Shown here: in pieces, positions 15,544 through 24,850 of the stretch | How positions within the stretch are numbered: the first letter of the stretch is position 1 | Layout of the letters: every line of letters starts with the position of its first letter | Assembly (NCBI GenBank): GCA_963704755.1 | Contig: OY969938.1 | Location: 3,180,001 to 3,212,000 of the forward strand | Direction of reading: 5' to 3' | Source of the DNA: an uncultured Chloroflexia bacterium | GTDB taxonomy: Bacteria; Chloroflexota; Anaerolineae; Anaerolineales; Anaerolineaceae | Length of the DNA: 32,000 bases | Program-made: the position numbers and the translations under genes | Notes under the pieces: model-generated | What the model saw: the letters and a program-made list of their open reading frames with translations, nothing else | Database searches by the model: none | Told to the model about the DNA's origin: nothing

Positions 15544-16569
15544 TCAGGCACGCAAGACCGATAAGTAAGCCTCGGCCATTTTCTCTACCCCCAGAGTGCT
15601 TTCTGCCAGGCCGCGGGCTGCCGATCGAAAATGGCCCGGGTCGGCCAGGATGTCCAGGCTGGCTTTGGCCAGGCCGTCGAAGTCCGGCGGATCCAGGTTC
15701 CAGGGGTCTCCGCCGAAGGGCGCTACCCGTCCGGCATCGCCGCTGACCAGTTCTTTCAATGCGCCGGTGTCGAAAGCCACGACCGGGTCTCCGCAGGCCA
15801 GGCTTTCGATGACCGCATTGGGGCAGGCCGGGTTGAGGTCGGCGGAATAGAACAGGTGCGCCGCGCGGTGCAGCCCAGGGATCATCCGCCGTGGGACCGG
15901 GCCGGAATAGTCCACCCAGGCGTGAGGAAACTGCAGATGCACCTTTTCGCGGGCTTCGTCGCTCACGTCGCCGGCCACGACCAGCTCGACCCGCTGTTTA
16001 CATTGTTTTTCCAAGGCCAGGGCGAACTGGACGGCGTATTCCAGTCCGATGGCCGTGCCACCCACCAGGTGGCCTTCGACCACCTGCACGCGTACATGGT
16101 CCTGGGGCGGGCGTTCGGGCCCTTGAGGAGTAAAGGTTTGCAGGTCGGTGCCGTTCAGGATCACCTGGGAGGGCTTGGCCAGGTCGCCGTGCACCCGCTG
16201 CCACCATTCCTGCGAGAAGCGGCTCTGGTAGATCATGCGGCTGGCCAGGTAGCGGCGCGAAAGAGCCAGCATCATATTGGCCGTTTCGGAGCGCAAATAA
16301 TGTTTGACCCCGGTTTTCAGGCGGCGATGCAGCCAGTTCATCCCGTCCAGGCGTTGCACGATGGGGATACCCCGCTGGATTACATCCAGCAAAGTTCCAA
16401 TGTGGCGCGAGGCGCCGATCAGCAGGACGGCCTGCACGTCGGCCTTACGCGGATCGAATTGGACCTGCACCCCGCGTTTTTCCAGGGCCGTCTTGAGGTT
16501 GAGTTGAAAGGATCCCGGCCCGGCCAGGGCCTGGATGACCGGGTAGAGGCAAATACTGCCGTCAGCCAT
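15544..16569 (-). CDS. Glycosyltransferase, GT4 (group 1) family
   Basis: C-terminal GT1/GT4 signature: LFYSADLNPACPNAVIESLACGDPVVAFDTGALKELV. ATG 16569 (MADGSICLYP) overlaps the wecB stop by 8 nt (ATGGCTGA). The longer track ORF runs out of frame into wecB. Confidence 0.88.
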   Translation of the reverse strand: MADGSICLYPVIQALAGPGSFQLNLKTALEKRGVQVQFDPRKADVQAVLLIGASRHIGTLLDVIQRGIPIVQRLDGMNWLHRRLKTGVKHYLRSETANMMLALSRRYLASRMIYQSRFSQEWWQRVHGDLAKPSQVILNGTDLQTFTPQGPERPPQDHVRVQVVEGHLVGGTAIGLEYAVQFALALEKQCKQRVELVVAGDVSDEAREKVHLQFPHAWVDYSGPVPRRMIPGLHRAAHLFYSADLNPACPNAVIESLACGDPVVAFDTGALKELVSGDAGRVAPFGGDPWNLDPPDFDGLAKASLDILADPGHFRSAARGLAESTLGVEKMAEAYLSVLRA

Positions 16570-17713
16570 GCTGGGGTGGGGGCTCCTTGAAACCCAATAC
16601 TGCCTGGACGATCCGTCCGGCGGCGTGCCCGTCGCCAAATGGGTTGGCAGCATGGGCCATGACCTGGTAGGCCTGGGGATCTTCGAGCAGGCGGGTGGTC
16701 TCGCGAACGATCAACTCCGGGTCGGTGCCGACCAGCTTGAGCACCCCGGCTTCGACCCCTTCGGGGCGTTCGGTGGTCTGGCGCAGCACCAGGGTAGGAA
16801 TTCCCAGCCCGGTCGCCTCCTCCTGAATGCCGCCCGAATCGGTCAGCACCAGCCGGGCGTGGCGCAGCAGATGGACCAGGGGCAGGTAATCTTGCGGCGG
16901 CAGCAGGGATATATTTTTCACCCCGCCCAATAAGCGATAGACCGGCTCCTGCACGTTGGGGTTCAGGTGGACCGGGTAAACCAGGTGCAGCCGGTTGGGA
17001 TAGCGTTCGGCCAGTTCGCGCAGGGCCAGGCAGATATTTTCCAGGGGCTGGCCGAAGTTCTCGCGCCGGTGGGCCGTGATCAGCACCAGCTCTTTGCCAC
17101 CCGGACGAATATCGAAAGCCTGCAGCAACTGTCGGGTTTCCTCCGGGGCCGGGCGGCGGGTGATTTCTTGCAGAGCGTCGATGACCGGGTTGCCGGTGAC
17201 GGCGATGCGCCAGTCTTCCACACCTTCGCGCAGCAGGTTCTGGCGGCTGTGCTCGGTGGGCGCCAGGTGCAGGTCTGCCACCACCCCGGCTACCCGCCGG
17301 TTGATCTCCTCCGGGAAAGGCTGCCAGCGGTCGTAGGTGCGCAGGCCGGCCTCGACGTGGCCGATGTGAATGTGATTGTAAAAGCACAGCAAGGCGGTGG
17401 CCATCACGGTGGTGGTATCGCCTTGTACCAGTACCCAATCGGGATTGAGATTTTGCAGGACGGGGTTGAGGCTTTTGAATATTTCGGCGGTCAGGCTGGC
17501 CAGATCCTGGTTGGGGCGCATCAAATTTAGATCCTGGTCAGGAATGATGCCGAACAGGTCCAGAACCTGGTCGAGCATCTGGCGGTGCTGGGCGGTCACC
17601 ACCACGCACGACTCGATCTGCGGCTCCTGCTGCAGGGCCTTGACCACCGGAGCCATTTTAACTGCCTCGGGACGGGTGCCGAAGATCGAAACGACCCGCA
17701 GACGTTCCCTCAT
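16562..17713 (-). CDS. wecB: UDP-N-acetylglucosamine 2-epimerase (non-hydrolysing)
   Basis: FGTRPEAVKMAPV, VQGDTTT, HVEAGLRT, DSGGIQEE and NPFGDG motifs. Its start overlaps the wecC stop as ATGA. Confidence 0.93.
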   Translation of the reverse strand: MRERLRVVSIFGTRPEAVKMAPVVKALQQEPQIESCVVVTAQHRQMLDQVLDLFGIIPDQDLNLMRPNQDLASLTAEIFKSLNPVLQNLNPDWVLVQGDTTTVMATALLCFYNHIHIGHVEAGLRTYDRWQPFPEEINRRVAGVVADLHLAPTEHSRQNLLREGVEDWRIAVTGNPVIDALQEITRRPAPEETRQLLQAFDIRPGGKELVLITAHRRENFGQPLENICLALRELAERYPNRLHLVYPVHLNPNVQEPVYRLLGGVKNISLLPPQDYLPLVHLLRHARLVLTDSGGIQEEATGLGIPTLVLRQTTERPEGVEAGVLKLVGTDPELIVRETTRLLEDPQAYQVMAHAANPFGDGHAAGRIVQAVLGFKEPPPQHG

Positions 17714-18991
17714 ACGGGCTTGCCCACTCCCAGCCGGACCAGTTTAAAGCCGGCAGCCTGCCAGGCGGCCGGGTCGTAAACCCCGACGGTATCGAGGACA
17801 ATACGGGCCGGGGTAAGCCGGCTGACCGCCAGCGGGTCCAGCGTTTTGAATTGGCTGTGAGCTACCAGCAAGACCAGCGCGTCGGCATCCCGGACAGCAT
17901 CATCGAAATTGGCTGCACTGCGGACGCCGTCCCGGTCGTAATCTGCCTTGAAGGGCTCATAAGCCTGTACGGTGGCGCCGGCGGCCAGCAGCAATTTGGA
18001 TACCTCGATCGCCGGGCTTTCGCGCAGGTCGTCCACGTCGGGTTTGTAAGCCAGCCCCAGGGTGGTGACCTTCTTGCCGTGCAGGTCGCCCAGGGCGCGC
18101 CGCACCAGCTCGAGCACGAAGCCGGGTTGGGCGTCGTTGACCTCGCGTGAGGCGTGGATCACGGTGGCGATTTCCGGGGCAGCTTCCACCAGGAACCAGG
18201 GATCGACGCCGATGCAGTGCCCGCCCACGCCCGGGCCGGGCCGCAAAATCTTGACCCGCGGGTGGCGGTTGGCCAGGTCGATGGCCTCCCAAACGTCCAC
18301 GCCGAACTTGTCGGCCAGACGTGAAAATTCGTTAGCGATGGCGATGTTGACGTCGCGGTAGGTGTTTTCCATCAGTTTGACCATCTCGGCCGTGGTGGCA
18401 TTGGTCAGGTAGATCTCACCTTTGACGAAGGTGGCGTACAGGTCGCGCCCGGCTTCGGCTGAGACGGCGTCGATGCCGCCGATCACGCGGGCGTTCTCGA
18501 TCAGCTCGCGCAGGATCTGCCCGGGCAAGACGCGCTCCGGCGAATAGGCCAGGTGAAAATCCTGGCCGGCTTTCAGGCCGGATTTTTCCAGAATAGGAGC
18601 CACTACCTGGGTGGTGGTCAGCGGAGGGGAGGTGGATTCGAGCACCACCAGGTTGCCCTCGCGCAGGTGCGGGACGATATCCTCCGCTGCCGAGCGGACG
18701 AAACCCAGGTCGGCTTTTTTATCGTCGCAAAATGGGGTCGGTACAGCGATAAGAAAAGCGTCGGCAGGCTCCGGGCAGCCGGAAATTTTCAAATTACCCG
18801 AACTCGAGCGCCTGTTGGACCACTTCACGGATACCTGGCTCGTAGATATGGACCTGCCCGCTGCGCAAGGTCTCCAGGACGCGCGAGTTGATATCCACAC
18901 CGACGACCTGGATGCCATGAGCTGCAAATGTGGCGGCAGTAGGCAGCCCAATATAGCCTAACCCCAGGATACAAATCTTTTTGAATTCCAT
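17710..18991 (-). pseudogene. wecC: UDP-N-acetyl-D-mannosamine dehydrogenase interrupted by a 1-nt frameshift (or assembly indel)
   Basis: The N-terminal Rossmann part, MEFKKICILGLGYIGLPTAATFAAHG...VVQQALEFG*, is in one frame (18991-18794). The rest, NLKISGCPEPADAFLIAVPTPF...GGHCIGVDPWF..., is in the +1 frame (down to 17710). Removing one G from the GGG at 18797-18799 restores ...LEFGNLKIS..., which is colinear with E. coli WecC ...VEGGFLRAS.... Confidence 0.85.
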
Positions 18992-19063
18992 GGAAACTCG
19001 ATTATTAACGGTTTTTAATGCGTTGGTTATTATCCCATAAGGAGAATTATTTGCAAAGAAGGT

Positions 19064-19110
19064 ACTTAAGGGGGGCGAGGGCTGCGTAGCAGCCCTCGCC
19101 CCCCTTAAGT
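19064..19110. repeat. Perfect 22-bp-arm palindrome (P3), central GTA; possible terminator of the GGDEF gene
   Basis: ACTTAAGGGGGGCGAGGGCTGC gta GCAGCCCTCGCCCCCCTTAAGT. It lies 14 nt downstream of the GGDEF stop and upstream of wecC. Confidence 0.85.
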
Positions 19111-19123
19111 GGAAACAAAACAG

Positions 19124-20926
19124 TCAGTTTTTGGCAGTTTGGCAACTGGCGATGGAGTTCTTACCGCTGGCTTTGGCCCGGTAAAGTCCTTTATCGGCCA
19201 GGATGACCAGGTCGTCGAAGCTATGGCAGTTTTCGTCCAGCGCCGCGGCTCCCAGGGATATGGTAATGTGGACATCATTTTCCTGGTCGTAAGTGCCGCA
19301 GCTTTCAACTACCTCACGCAGGCGCTCGGCCGCTTCCATCGCGGCCGGCAGGGCCGTTTCGGGCATCAGAACCACAAATTCCTCGCCGCCGTAGCGCCCA
19401 ATCAGGTCGGATTCGCGCGTGGTCTGGCGGATGCAGTTTGCCAGGCTGCGCAAAACCTGGTCGCCGACTGTGTGTCCATACGTGTCGTTGACTAGCTTGA
19501 AATTGTCGATATCCAGGATCACGAGCGCAAGCGGGTTGCGGTAGCGGCGCGTACGGCGAAACTCGATCTCGGCCAGCTCGTAGAAATAACGCCGGTTGAA
19601 TACTCCGGTCAGCCCATCGGTGATGGCCATCTGCTGGAGCTGTTCGAACAGGCGTGCGTTTTCGATGGCGATCGAGGCCTCGCCGGCGAAGGTCACAGCC
19701 AGGTCCGCTTCAGCCGTGCCGTACACCCCAGGACTATGGCTGTAGATGCTCAGGTAACCGGTAATTTGCCCGTGGCCGAACAGCGGAACTCCCAGCCAGG
19801 CCTTGCCGCTGTTGAAATCGCCCAACTTTTGGAATGGCCGGTAATCCTCGGCGTTGAGCAGGTACAGCGGCTGGCGGTTGCGGTTGAGCGCTTCGAACTG
19901 GGGGTTGCTGGCCGGCGTTTTCTGGCCGATATACTGGCTGTTGTCAGCGAAACCCAGGGCAGCCACGCATTCCAGCTCTGCGCCTTCCAACAGGAAGAGC
20001 ATGGCCCGGTCATAGGGGATCAGGCGCTTGAGATATTCCATCAGGTAGATCTTGAGCTGATCGATATTCAGAATCGCGGTGAAGGAGGTCATGGCTTCGC
20101 GCAGCAGTTCGATCTGGCCGCGCGCACTTTCTTCCTCGATCAGCACTCTTTTCTGGTCGGTAATATCGCGCAGCATGTTGAGCAGATGCGTATCCGAAAA
20201 GCGGATGAAATCGACGATGATCCATTTTTCTTCGCCGGTAGCAGGCAAGTTGTAGTTGAATTCGACGCTGCTGGGGGCGTCGCTGGCCATCGCCTCGCGT
20301 ACGTAGCTGGCGATGTGCGGAGCTTTTGAAAAAACGTCGTCCACGGTCAGCCCGACGAAATCGGTGTAGAAGCCGGCGCTGAATTCATCCGCCTTCTGGT
20401 TGACCATGTAGAGACGGATTTCCCCGTTGGGCTCTTGCTGCCAAACCAATGTGGGGTGAGGGGCATTGACGAAGATTGCCCGGAAGAATGCTTCCTGTTG
20501 GCGGGCCTCGTCTTCGGCCAGGGTCAACCGGGCAATTTCCTTTTGGAGTTGGCGGAGCAGCGGCTCGGCTTCGAGCGGGAAACCGTTCACAACGATTTCG
20601 CGGTTTTTGCGATCGTCGGCCGAGCGGACTTTGAGCTGGACCTGAACCGGTTTCTTTTCTGAGGTGAGCAGGTTGCACAAGAAGTCGCGCTCACCTTCGC
20701 CGGCCAGGGCGGTGCGCAATGCCTGCTGACCGGGAGGGTCGACGGCTAGTTCGAAAATCGAAACCCCAACCAGCTTTTCAGCAGTGTATCCTAATAACGA
20801 ACTGGTCAGTGCATTGGCAGTTAAGATTTCACCAACCACTGAGACCAACAAAGAAGCTTCTGGCATATCATCCCCCGCTTGCGGTTGCATTTGTTGGTTG
20901 AAATTTTCTGCCATCGACTGATCCAT
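19124..20926 (-). CDS. Sensor diguanylate cyclase (PAS-PAS-GAF-GGDEF)
   Basis: C-terminal GGDEF domain with active-site GGEEF and an RESD I-site 5 residues upstream. A GAF-like segment (DRAMLFLLEG...LGVPLFGHGQITGYLSIYS) and two PAS-like N-terminal segments are present. Confidence 0.9.
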   Translation of the reverse strand: MDQSMAENFNQQMQPQAGDDMPEASLLVSVVGEILTANALTSSLLGYTAEKLVGVSIFELAVDPPGQQALRTALAGEGERDFLCNLLTSEKKPVQVQLKVRSADDRKNREIVVNGFPLEAEPLLRQLQKEIARLTLAEDEARQQEAFFRAIFVNAPHPTLVWQQEPNGEIRLYMVNQKADEFSAGFYTDFVGLTVDDVFSKAPHIASYVREAMASDAPSSVEFNYNLPATGEEKWIIVDFIRFSDTHLLNMLRDITDQKRVLIEEESARGQIELLREAMTSFTAILNIDQLKIYLMEYLKRLIPYDRAMLFLLEGAELECVAALGFADNSQYIGQKTPASNPQFEALNRNRQPLYLLNAEDYRPFQKLGDFNSGKAWLGVPLFGHGQITGYLSIYSHSPGVYGTAEADLAVTFAGEASIAIENARLFEQLQQMAITDGLTGVFNRRYFYELAEIEFRRTRRYRNPLALVILDIDNFKLVNDTYGHTVGDQVLRSLANCIRQTTRESDLIGRYGGEEFVVLMPETALPAAMEAAERLREVVESCGTYDQENDVHITISLGAAALDENCHSFDDLVILADKGLYRAKASGKNSIASCQTAKN

Positions 20927-21104
20927 TTCCTCCCTTTGAATAGTAGAGCGTTGGCAGGGTGGTTAAACTCCCCGAAACTTTTAAGATTATACTCAAATAT
21001 CGGAGATTTGAAAGTCGCTTGTCAGTAAGTCTTAAACTGGAGTTTTTGGCTGAAGTAAGTACACCCCCACAGCTTACTTCTATTTTACATCAAATATACC
21101 AAAT

Positions 21105-21533
21105 TCAGCCCTCGACCAGCTTTTTGATGCCCTCCAGGACCATATCCCAATTCTGCGCCGAATGGTCGGCGTCTTCCTGGGAGCTGTTGTTATCCTGGGT
21201 AAGATTCAACCGGGTGTCGCCTCCCACGGGGGTTAGATCATAGCGGACGGTTTTGTAATTCTCAGGCAGGTCGGGCAGGCCCTCCAGCGAGCTCCAGAAG
21301 GTGGAAACGAACAATTTGCCTGGATCGATTTCGATGATTTTGCCCTTGTCTTCATAGGTTTTGCCCTCCCATTCACCCCGGTAGATGATCGGGCTGCCGA
21401 CCTGCCAGTCGCTAATCACCTGGGTGCCGAACAGGTATTGCTTGATCAACTCCGGTTTGGTCAGCGCATCCCATACCTTTGCCGGTGAGGCATGGATGGT
21501 GATCTCGGCTTTGGCAATAAAGGTTTCGCTCAT
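21105..21533 (-). CDS. SRPBCC superfamily protein (AHSA1/START-like)
   Basis: 142 aa with ...ITIHASPAKVWDALTKPELIKQYLFG...YDLTPVGGDTRLNLTQ..., typical of Aha1-domain SRPBCC proteins. Confidence 0.85.
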   Translation of the reverse strand: MSETFIAKAEITIHASPAKVWDALTKPELIKQYLFGTQVISDWQVGSPIIYRGEWEGKTYEDKGKIIEIDPGKLFVSTFWSSLEGLPDLPENYKTVRYDLTPVGGDTRLNLTQDNNSSQEDADHSAQNWDMVLEGIKKLVEG

Positions 21534-21667
21534 TAGGATCGATTTCCTTTGAATAGTATTATTTTGGTGTAATTAATCGAATTCGCGTATACAGGATAAC
21601 AGATTTGGAATCTCCCTGCAACAGGCGCGTTGCCTCTGGTTGAAAAAACAGGCTGCGATGCCCAACC

Positions 21668-22109
21668 GGCAGCTAAAGCTGCACCTACAAAAACACGAAG
21701 ACCCACCTGCGTGGGTCTCCTTTTCGGCTCCGGCCTGATTCCGCGGCCGAAATCAAGCCGGGTAAATAATTACCCTTACCCCGGCCGCTGGGAGAGGGAG
21801 AAGAATTGCAGTCCCGTAGCCCGGCTTTCAAAGCCGGGGAAACGTTTGGTCTAAGCATCTCCGCGGTTGGAAACCAGCGCTTCGATGCTCAACCGGCAGC
21901 TAAAGCTGCACCTACAAGCACACGAAGACCCACCTGCGTGGGTCTCTCTCTTGGCGAGGCCTGATCCCACAGCCGAAATTTCGCCTGGCAGGCTGGCGAA
22001 GCACCCTCACCCCGGCCCTCTCCCAGCGGCTGGGGCCGGTTCGGATCAGCGTATTATGCTGGGAGAGGGAGAAGAAACCTGCAGAGAGGGGCCGCAGGCC
22101 CCTCTCTGC
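21668..22109. repeat. Modular hairpin-repeat cluster, copy 2 (A-C-B-A-C plus extra hairpins)
   Basis: Module A occurs twice (21668-21720 and 21895-21946). Module B is at 21826-21877. Module C-like units lie at 21773-21803 and 22004-22069, where CCCTCTCCCAGC pairs with GCTGGGAGAGGG. There is also a perfect 13-bp hairpin GCAGAGAGGGGCC gca GGCCCCTCTCTGC at 22081-22109. Confidence 0.85.
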
Positions 22110-22166
22110 TGAACTTTCCTCCCCTCCCCGCCAAATGTGAAGGACCCAACCCAGGCGCAATTTGGC

Positions 22167-22187
22167 GGGGAGGGGCGAGGGGAGGGG
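22167..22187 (+). other. Canonical G-quadruplex motif G4-A-G4-CGA-G4-A-G4
   Basis: GGGGAGGGGCGAGGGGAGGGG. The first two G-tracts can alternatively pair with CCCCTCCCCGCCAAAT (22121-22136) as a hairpin. Confidence 0.7.
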
Positions 22188-22359
22188 ATGTACAGGCGCC
22201 CGGCCGGGTCGCTGCCTACACCAAATCGCAGTTAATCTTAAAATCTTATCTGTGTCCATCCGCGTCCATCCGTGGACAAATTGTTCGGCCGCGTTATTCT
22301 ATAATCAAATCATCCCCAAATCTTGTGATACTTTTCCCGTTCAGCGCGTAATTAAATAT

Positions 22360-22900
22360 ATGACTACCTCAAAACCGGCTGATATGAGCATGACAGGAAA
22401 AATCGAAGCGACGACCGATTGGGAAAACGTATATCAAACCTGCCTGCCGCGGGTCTTCCACTTCTTTTGTTACAAGACCGGCTCGGTCGAGCTGGCCGAG
22501 GACCTCACCTCGCAAACTTTCGAAAAGGTCTGGAAGAACCGCAGAAGTTTCCGGCAGGAGCGCGGCCCAATCCATGCCTGGATATTTGGGATTGCACGCA
22601 ACGTGTCTGCAGACCATTTCCGGCGCCACAAGACGGAAACCTCACTGGAACGGTTGACCGAACTCCCCGGCGGAAGATTCGGTGGAAGAGGATGCTCAAA
22701 CGAGGCTCAATTACCAGCGGCTGTGCAACCTGCTTTTACGTTACCCGGAGCGGGAAAGAGACCTGGTGGCCCTCAAATACGGGGGCGAGCTGACCAACCG
22801 CGAAATCGCCCGCTTGCTGAAATTGAGCGAATCAAACGTCGGCACGATCCTCAACCGGGTCGTCAGCCAATTGCGTTCGGAATGGGAGCAGGAAGAATGA
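22360..22900 (+). pseudogene. ECF-type sigma-70 factor interrupted by a 1-nt frameshift (or assembly indel)
   Basis: Region 2 (VELAEDLTSQTFEKVWKNRRSFRQERGPIHAWIFGIARNVSADHFRR) is in frame 1. Region 4 (ERERDLVALKYGGELTNREIARLLKLSESNVGTILNRVVSQLR) is in frame 2. The switch must lie within 22658-22680 (CTCCCCGGCGG). Deleting one base gives ...LTELPAEDSVEEDAQTRLNY.... Confidence 0.85.
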
Positions 22901-23754
22901 ACGACAAATTTTTATACGAAAACCGCCCGGCGCTGCGCAAAGAATTCTCCAGCGCGCTTTACCAAAGAATTAACGCGGCTTATCCGCAGCGGCCGGCTCA
23001 CAATATTTTTCAGTTGCGCGGCTGGGCCTGGAAGATGGCCGCGGCCGGGGTACTGGTCTGCGGACTGCTGCTGGTTACGTTTTCCGGGGCGGTGCGCGCC
23101 GACCTGGTCGATTGGGTGAAATCGATCGCCGGTTTCACCGTCGAAGAGCGCCAAACCTTTTCGCCGGCCGGCGCGAGCGACGGGGAAAACCCCGCCCCCC
23201 AGGCTGTTTTGCCGGCACCGACCCTGGCGCCGGGGATCACCCCCAGCGATACTCCAACCCTGTACCCGACTATCGTGGTGATGTACACCCCCGAGTCGAT
23301 TACCAGCCTGCTGGCGAACGCGCCTTTTAGCTTCGACCTGCCCGGCTATCTGCCCGCCGGCTTTAGCCTGGACGAGAACAGTGCCGTACAGGCCAACTCG
23401 GGCGAATGGGTCATGCTGAATTGGACAAAGCCAGCGTCAGACGATTCCCGCACGGACACGATTGAATTTTTGGTGGAAAATGAACCACCGAGCTACACCC
23501 TGAAAGTCGGCGACCAGGGTGCGCAGGAAGTGCAGATCAACGGGCAGCCGGGGCTGCTCATCCAGGGGAACTGGAGAAACGGCGGCCAATGGGACCCGGT
23601 TGCCGGAGTGGAAATCCATTGGATGCTGGGCAACCTGCACTACCGGCTGATCTACAATGAATATGTCAACAATCAGCCCATGGATATGCTGGCCGACCCG
23701 GACGAGATGGCTTCTGAATTAATCAAAATGGCGGAATCGGTTCCGCAGCAGTAA
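22897..23754 (+). CDS. Anti-sigma factor-like membrane protein with DUF4367-like C-terminal domain
   Basis: Its ATG overlaps the sigma stop as ATGA. It has a short cytoplasmic N-terminus, one TM segment (WKMAAAGVLVCGLLLVTF), a Pro-rich linker, and then ...FDLPGYLPAGFSL.... Confidence 0.8.
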   Translation: MNDKFLYENRPALRKEFSSALYQRINAAYPQRPAHNIFQLRGWAWKMAAAGVLVCGLLLVTFSGAVRADLVDWVKSIAGFTVEERQTFSPAGASDGENPAPQAVLPAPTLAPGITPSDTPTLYPTIVVMYTPESITSLLANAPFSFDLPGYLPAGFSLDENSAVQANSGEWVMLNWTKPASDDSRTDTIEFLVENEPPSYTLKVGDQGAQEVQINGQPGLLIQGNWRNGGQWDPVAGVEIHWMLGNLHYRLIYNEYVNNQPMDMLADPDEMASELIKMAESVPQQ

Positions 23755-23761
23755 GAACGAT

Positions 23762-23812
23762 CGCGTGTGGTTTGGGCGGCCTGGCTGCCCAAACCACACG
23801 CGTATATTTTGT
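23762..23812. terminator. Bidirectional intrinsic terminator between convergent anti-sigma and FNT genes
   Basis: 16-bp perfect stem CGCGTGTGGTTTGGGC/GCCCAAACCACACGCG, extendable to about 19 bp, followed by TATATTTTGT. It ends 1 nt before the FNT stop codon (23813-23815). Confidence 0.75.
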
Positions 23813-24703
23813 CTAGGCTTGCTCTTTTTCCCCCGCCGGGACGGCCTTGCTCTCGGCCTGGCGATTGCCGGCCAGGTAAATGACCCAATAGACGACTCCC
23901 ACCATCAACGCCCCGCCGATGATATTGCCGATGGTTACCGGCAGCAGGTTCTTGAACAGGAAGGAGCCCCAGGTCAGCCCGCTCAGGTTGACTTTATCTC
24001 CCAGGCTGGCCACGAAAGCCGGGTCGAATTCCTTGATGAACAGACCATAGGAAATGAAGTACATGTTGGCCACACTGTGCTCGAAACCGGCCGCGACAAA
24101 GGCGGTGATGGGGAAGATGATCGCCATGATCTTGTCGATGGTGCTGCGGGCGCTGTAGGTCAGCCAGATGGCCAGGCACACCAGGGCGTTGCACAGGATG
24201 CCCAGGGCAATAGCCTGGACGAACCCCAGGTTGACCTTTGAGGCGGCGATCTTGAGGGCAGTCTCACCCACCGCTCCGCCGCCGGTAGTGTACTGCCCGG
24301 CGATCAGCACCAGCAGGGCCGTGGCCAGCGAGCCGACAAAGTTGCCCAGGTACACGATGCCCCAGTTACGCAGCAGCGCCCGGGTGCTGATCTTGCGGCC
24401 GGCCCAGGCGATCACGATCAGGTTGTTGCCGGTAAAGAGTTCCGCGCCGCCGACGACCACCAGGATCAGTCCTAAGCAAAAGACCAGCCCACCCAGCAAG
24501 CGAGCCACCCCATAGGGCAGGGCGGAAGAGCCGGCCAGGATGGTGGTGCAAAAAACGGCTCCCAGGGCAATGAATGCGCCGGCCAGGATGGCCAGCAAGA
24601 ACAAACGGGTAAATGGCATTTTCGACTTGCTGACGCCAATGTCCTCGGCTTTTTGCGCCATCGCCGGGGGAAGAAATGAATCGATGAAACTGCCTTGTTC
24701 CAC
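23813..24703 (-). CDS. Formate/nitrite transporter (FNT) family channel
   Basis: Colinear with FocA: LPPAMAQKAEDIGV..., GAELFTGNN, FEHSVANMY and PVTIGNIIGG. I place the start at GTG 24703 (VEQGSFIDSF) because a perfect GGAGG lies 5 nt upstream. The track's ATG at 24829 adds 42 non-homologous residues. Confidence 0.9.
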   Translation of the reverse strand: MEQGSFIDSFLPPAMAQKAEDIGVSKSKMPFTRLFLLAILAGAFIALGAVFCTTILAGSSALPYGVARLLGGLVFCLGLILVVVGGAELFTGNNLIVIAWAGRKISTRALLRNWGIVYLGNFVGSLATALLVLIAGQYTTGGGAVGETALKIAASKVNLGFVQAIALGILCNALVCLAIWLTYSARSTIDKIMAIIFPITAFVAAGFEHSVANMYFISYGLFIKEFDPAFVASLGDKVNLSGLTWGSFLFKNLLPVTIGNIIGGALMVGVVYWVIYLAGNRQAESKAVPAGEKEQA

Positions 24704-24850
24704 AAATACCTCCAGGTCTATAAAATTAAATACCAGCTCAAATCGAATCGAGTGCGGATAGCCGCACGGATTGCTTAACCCTTCCTGCCACCCAAATCGT
24801 AAACGCCTCGCCACCTGAAAGGGAGCCATGCCCCCGCTCCGCCCCCGCCA

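Noticed and set aside
20959-21243. 94-aa plus-strand ORF or small RNA in the GGDEF/SRPBCC intergenic region. An 8-bp hairpin GAAGTAAG...CTTACTTC followed by TATTTT lies at about 21053-21090.
   Set aside because: The ORF overlaps the well-supported SRPBCC gene antisense. The hairpin is short and no promoter is evident. The evidence is too weak to call an sRNA.
22162-23754. Single 530-aa ORF spanning the sigma and anti-sigma region.
   Set aside because: It is a composite. It reads sigma region 2 in frame, then passes through region 4 out of frame (giving an Arg/Gly/Pro-rich nonsense segment), and then joins the anti-sigma frame. The upstream 66 codons lie over repeat and G-rich sequence. I split it into a frameshifted sigma gene (22360-22900) and an anti-sigma gene (22897-23754).
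24704-24829. ATG at 24829 as the FNT start (338-aa version).
   Set aside because: The extra 42 residues have no counterpart in FocA-type proteins. A GTG at 24703 with GGAGG at the ideal distance starts exactly where the homology begins.
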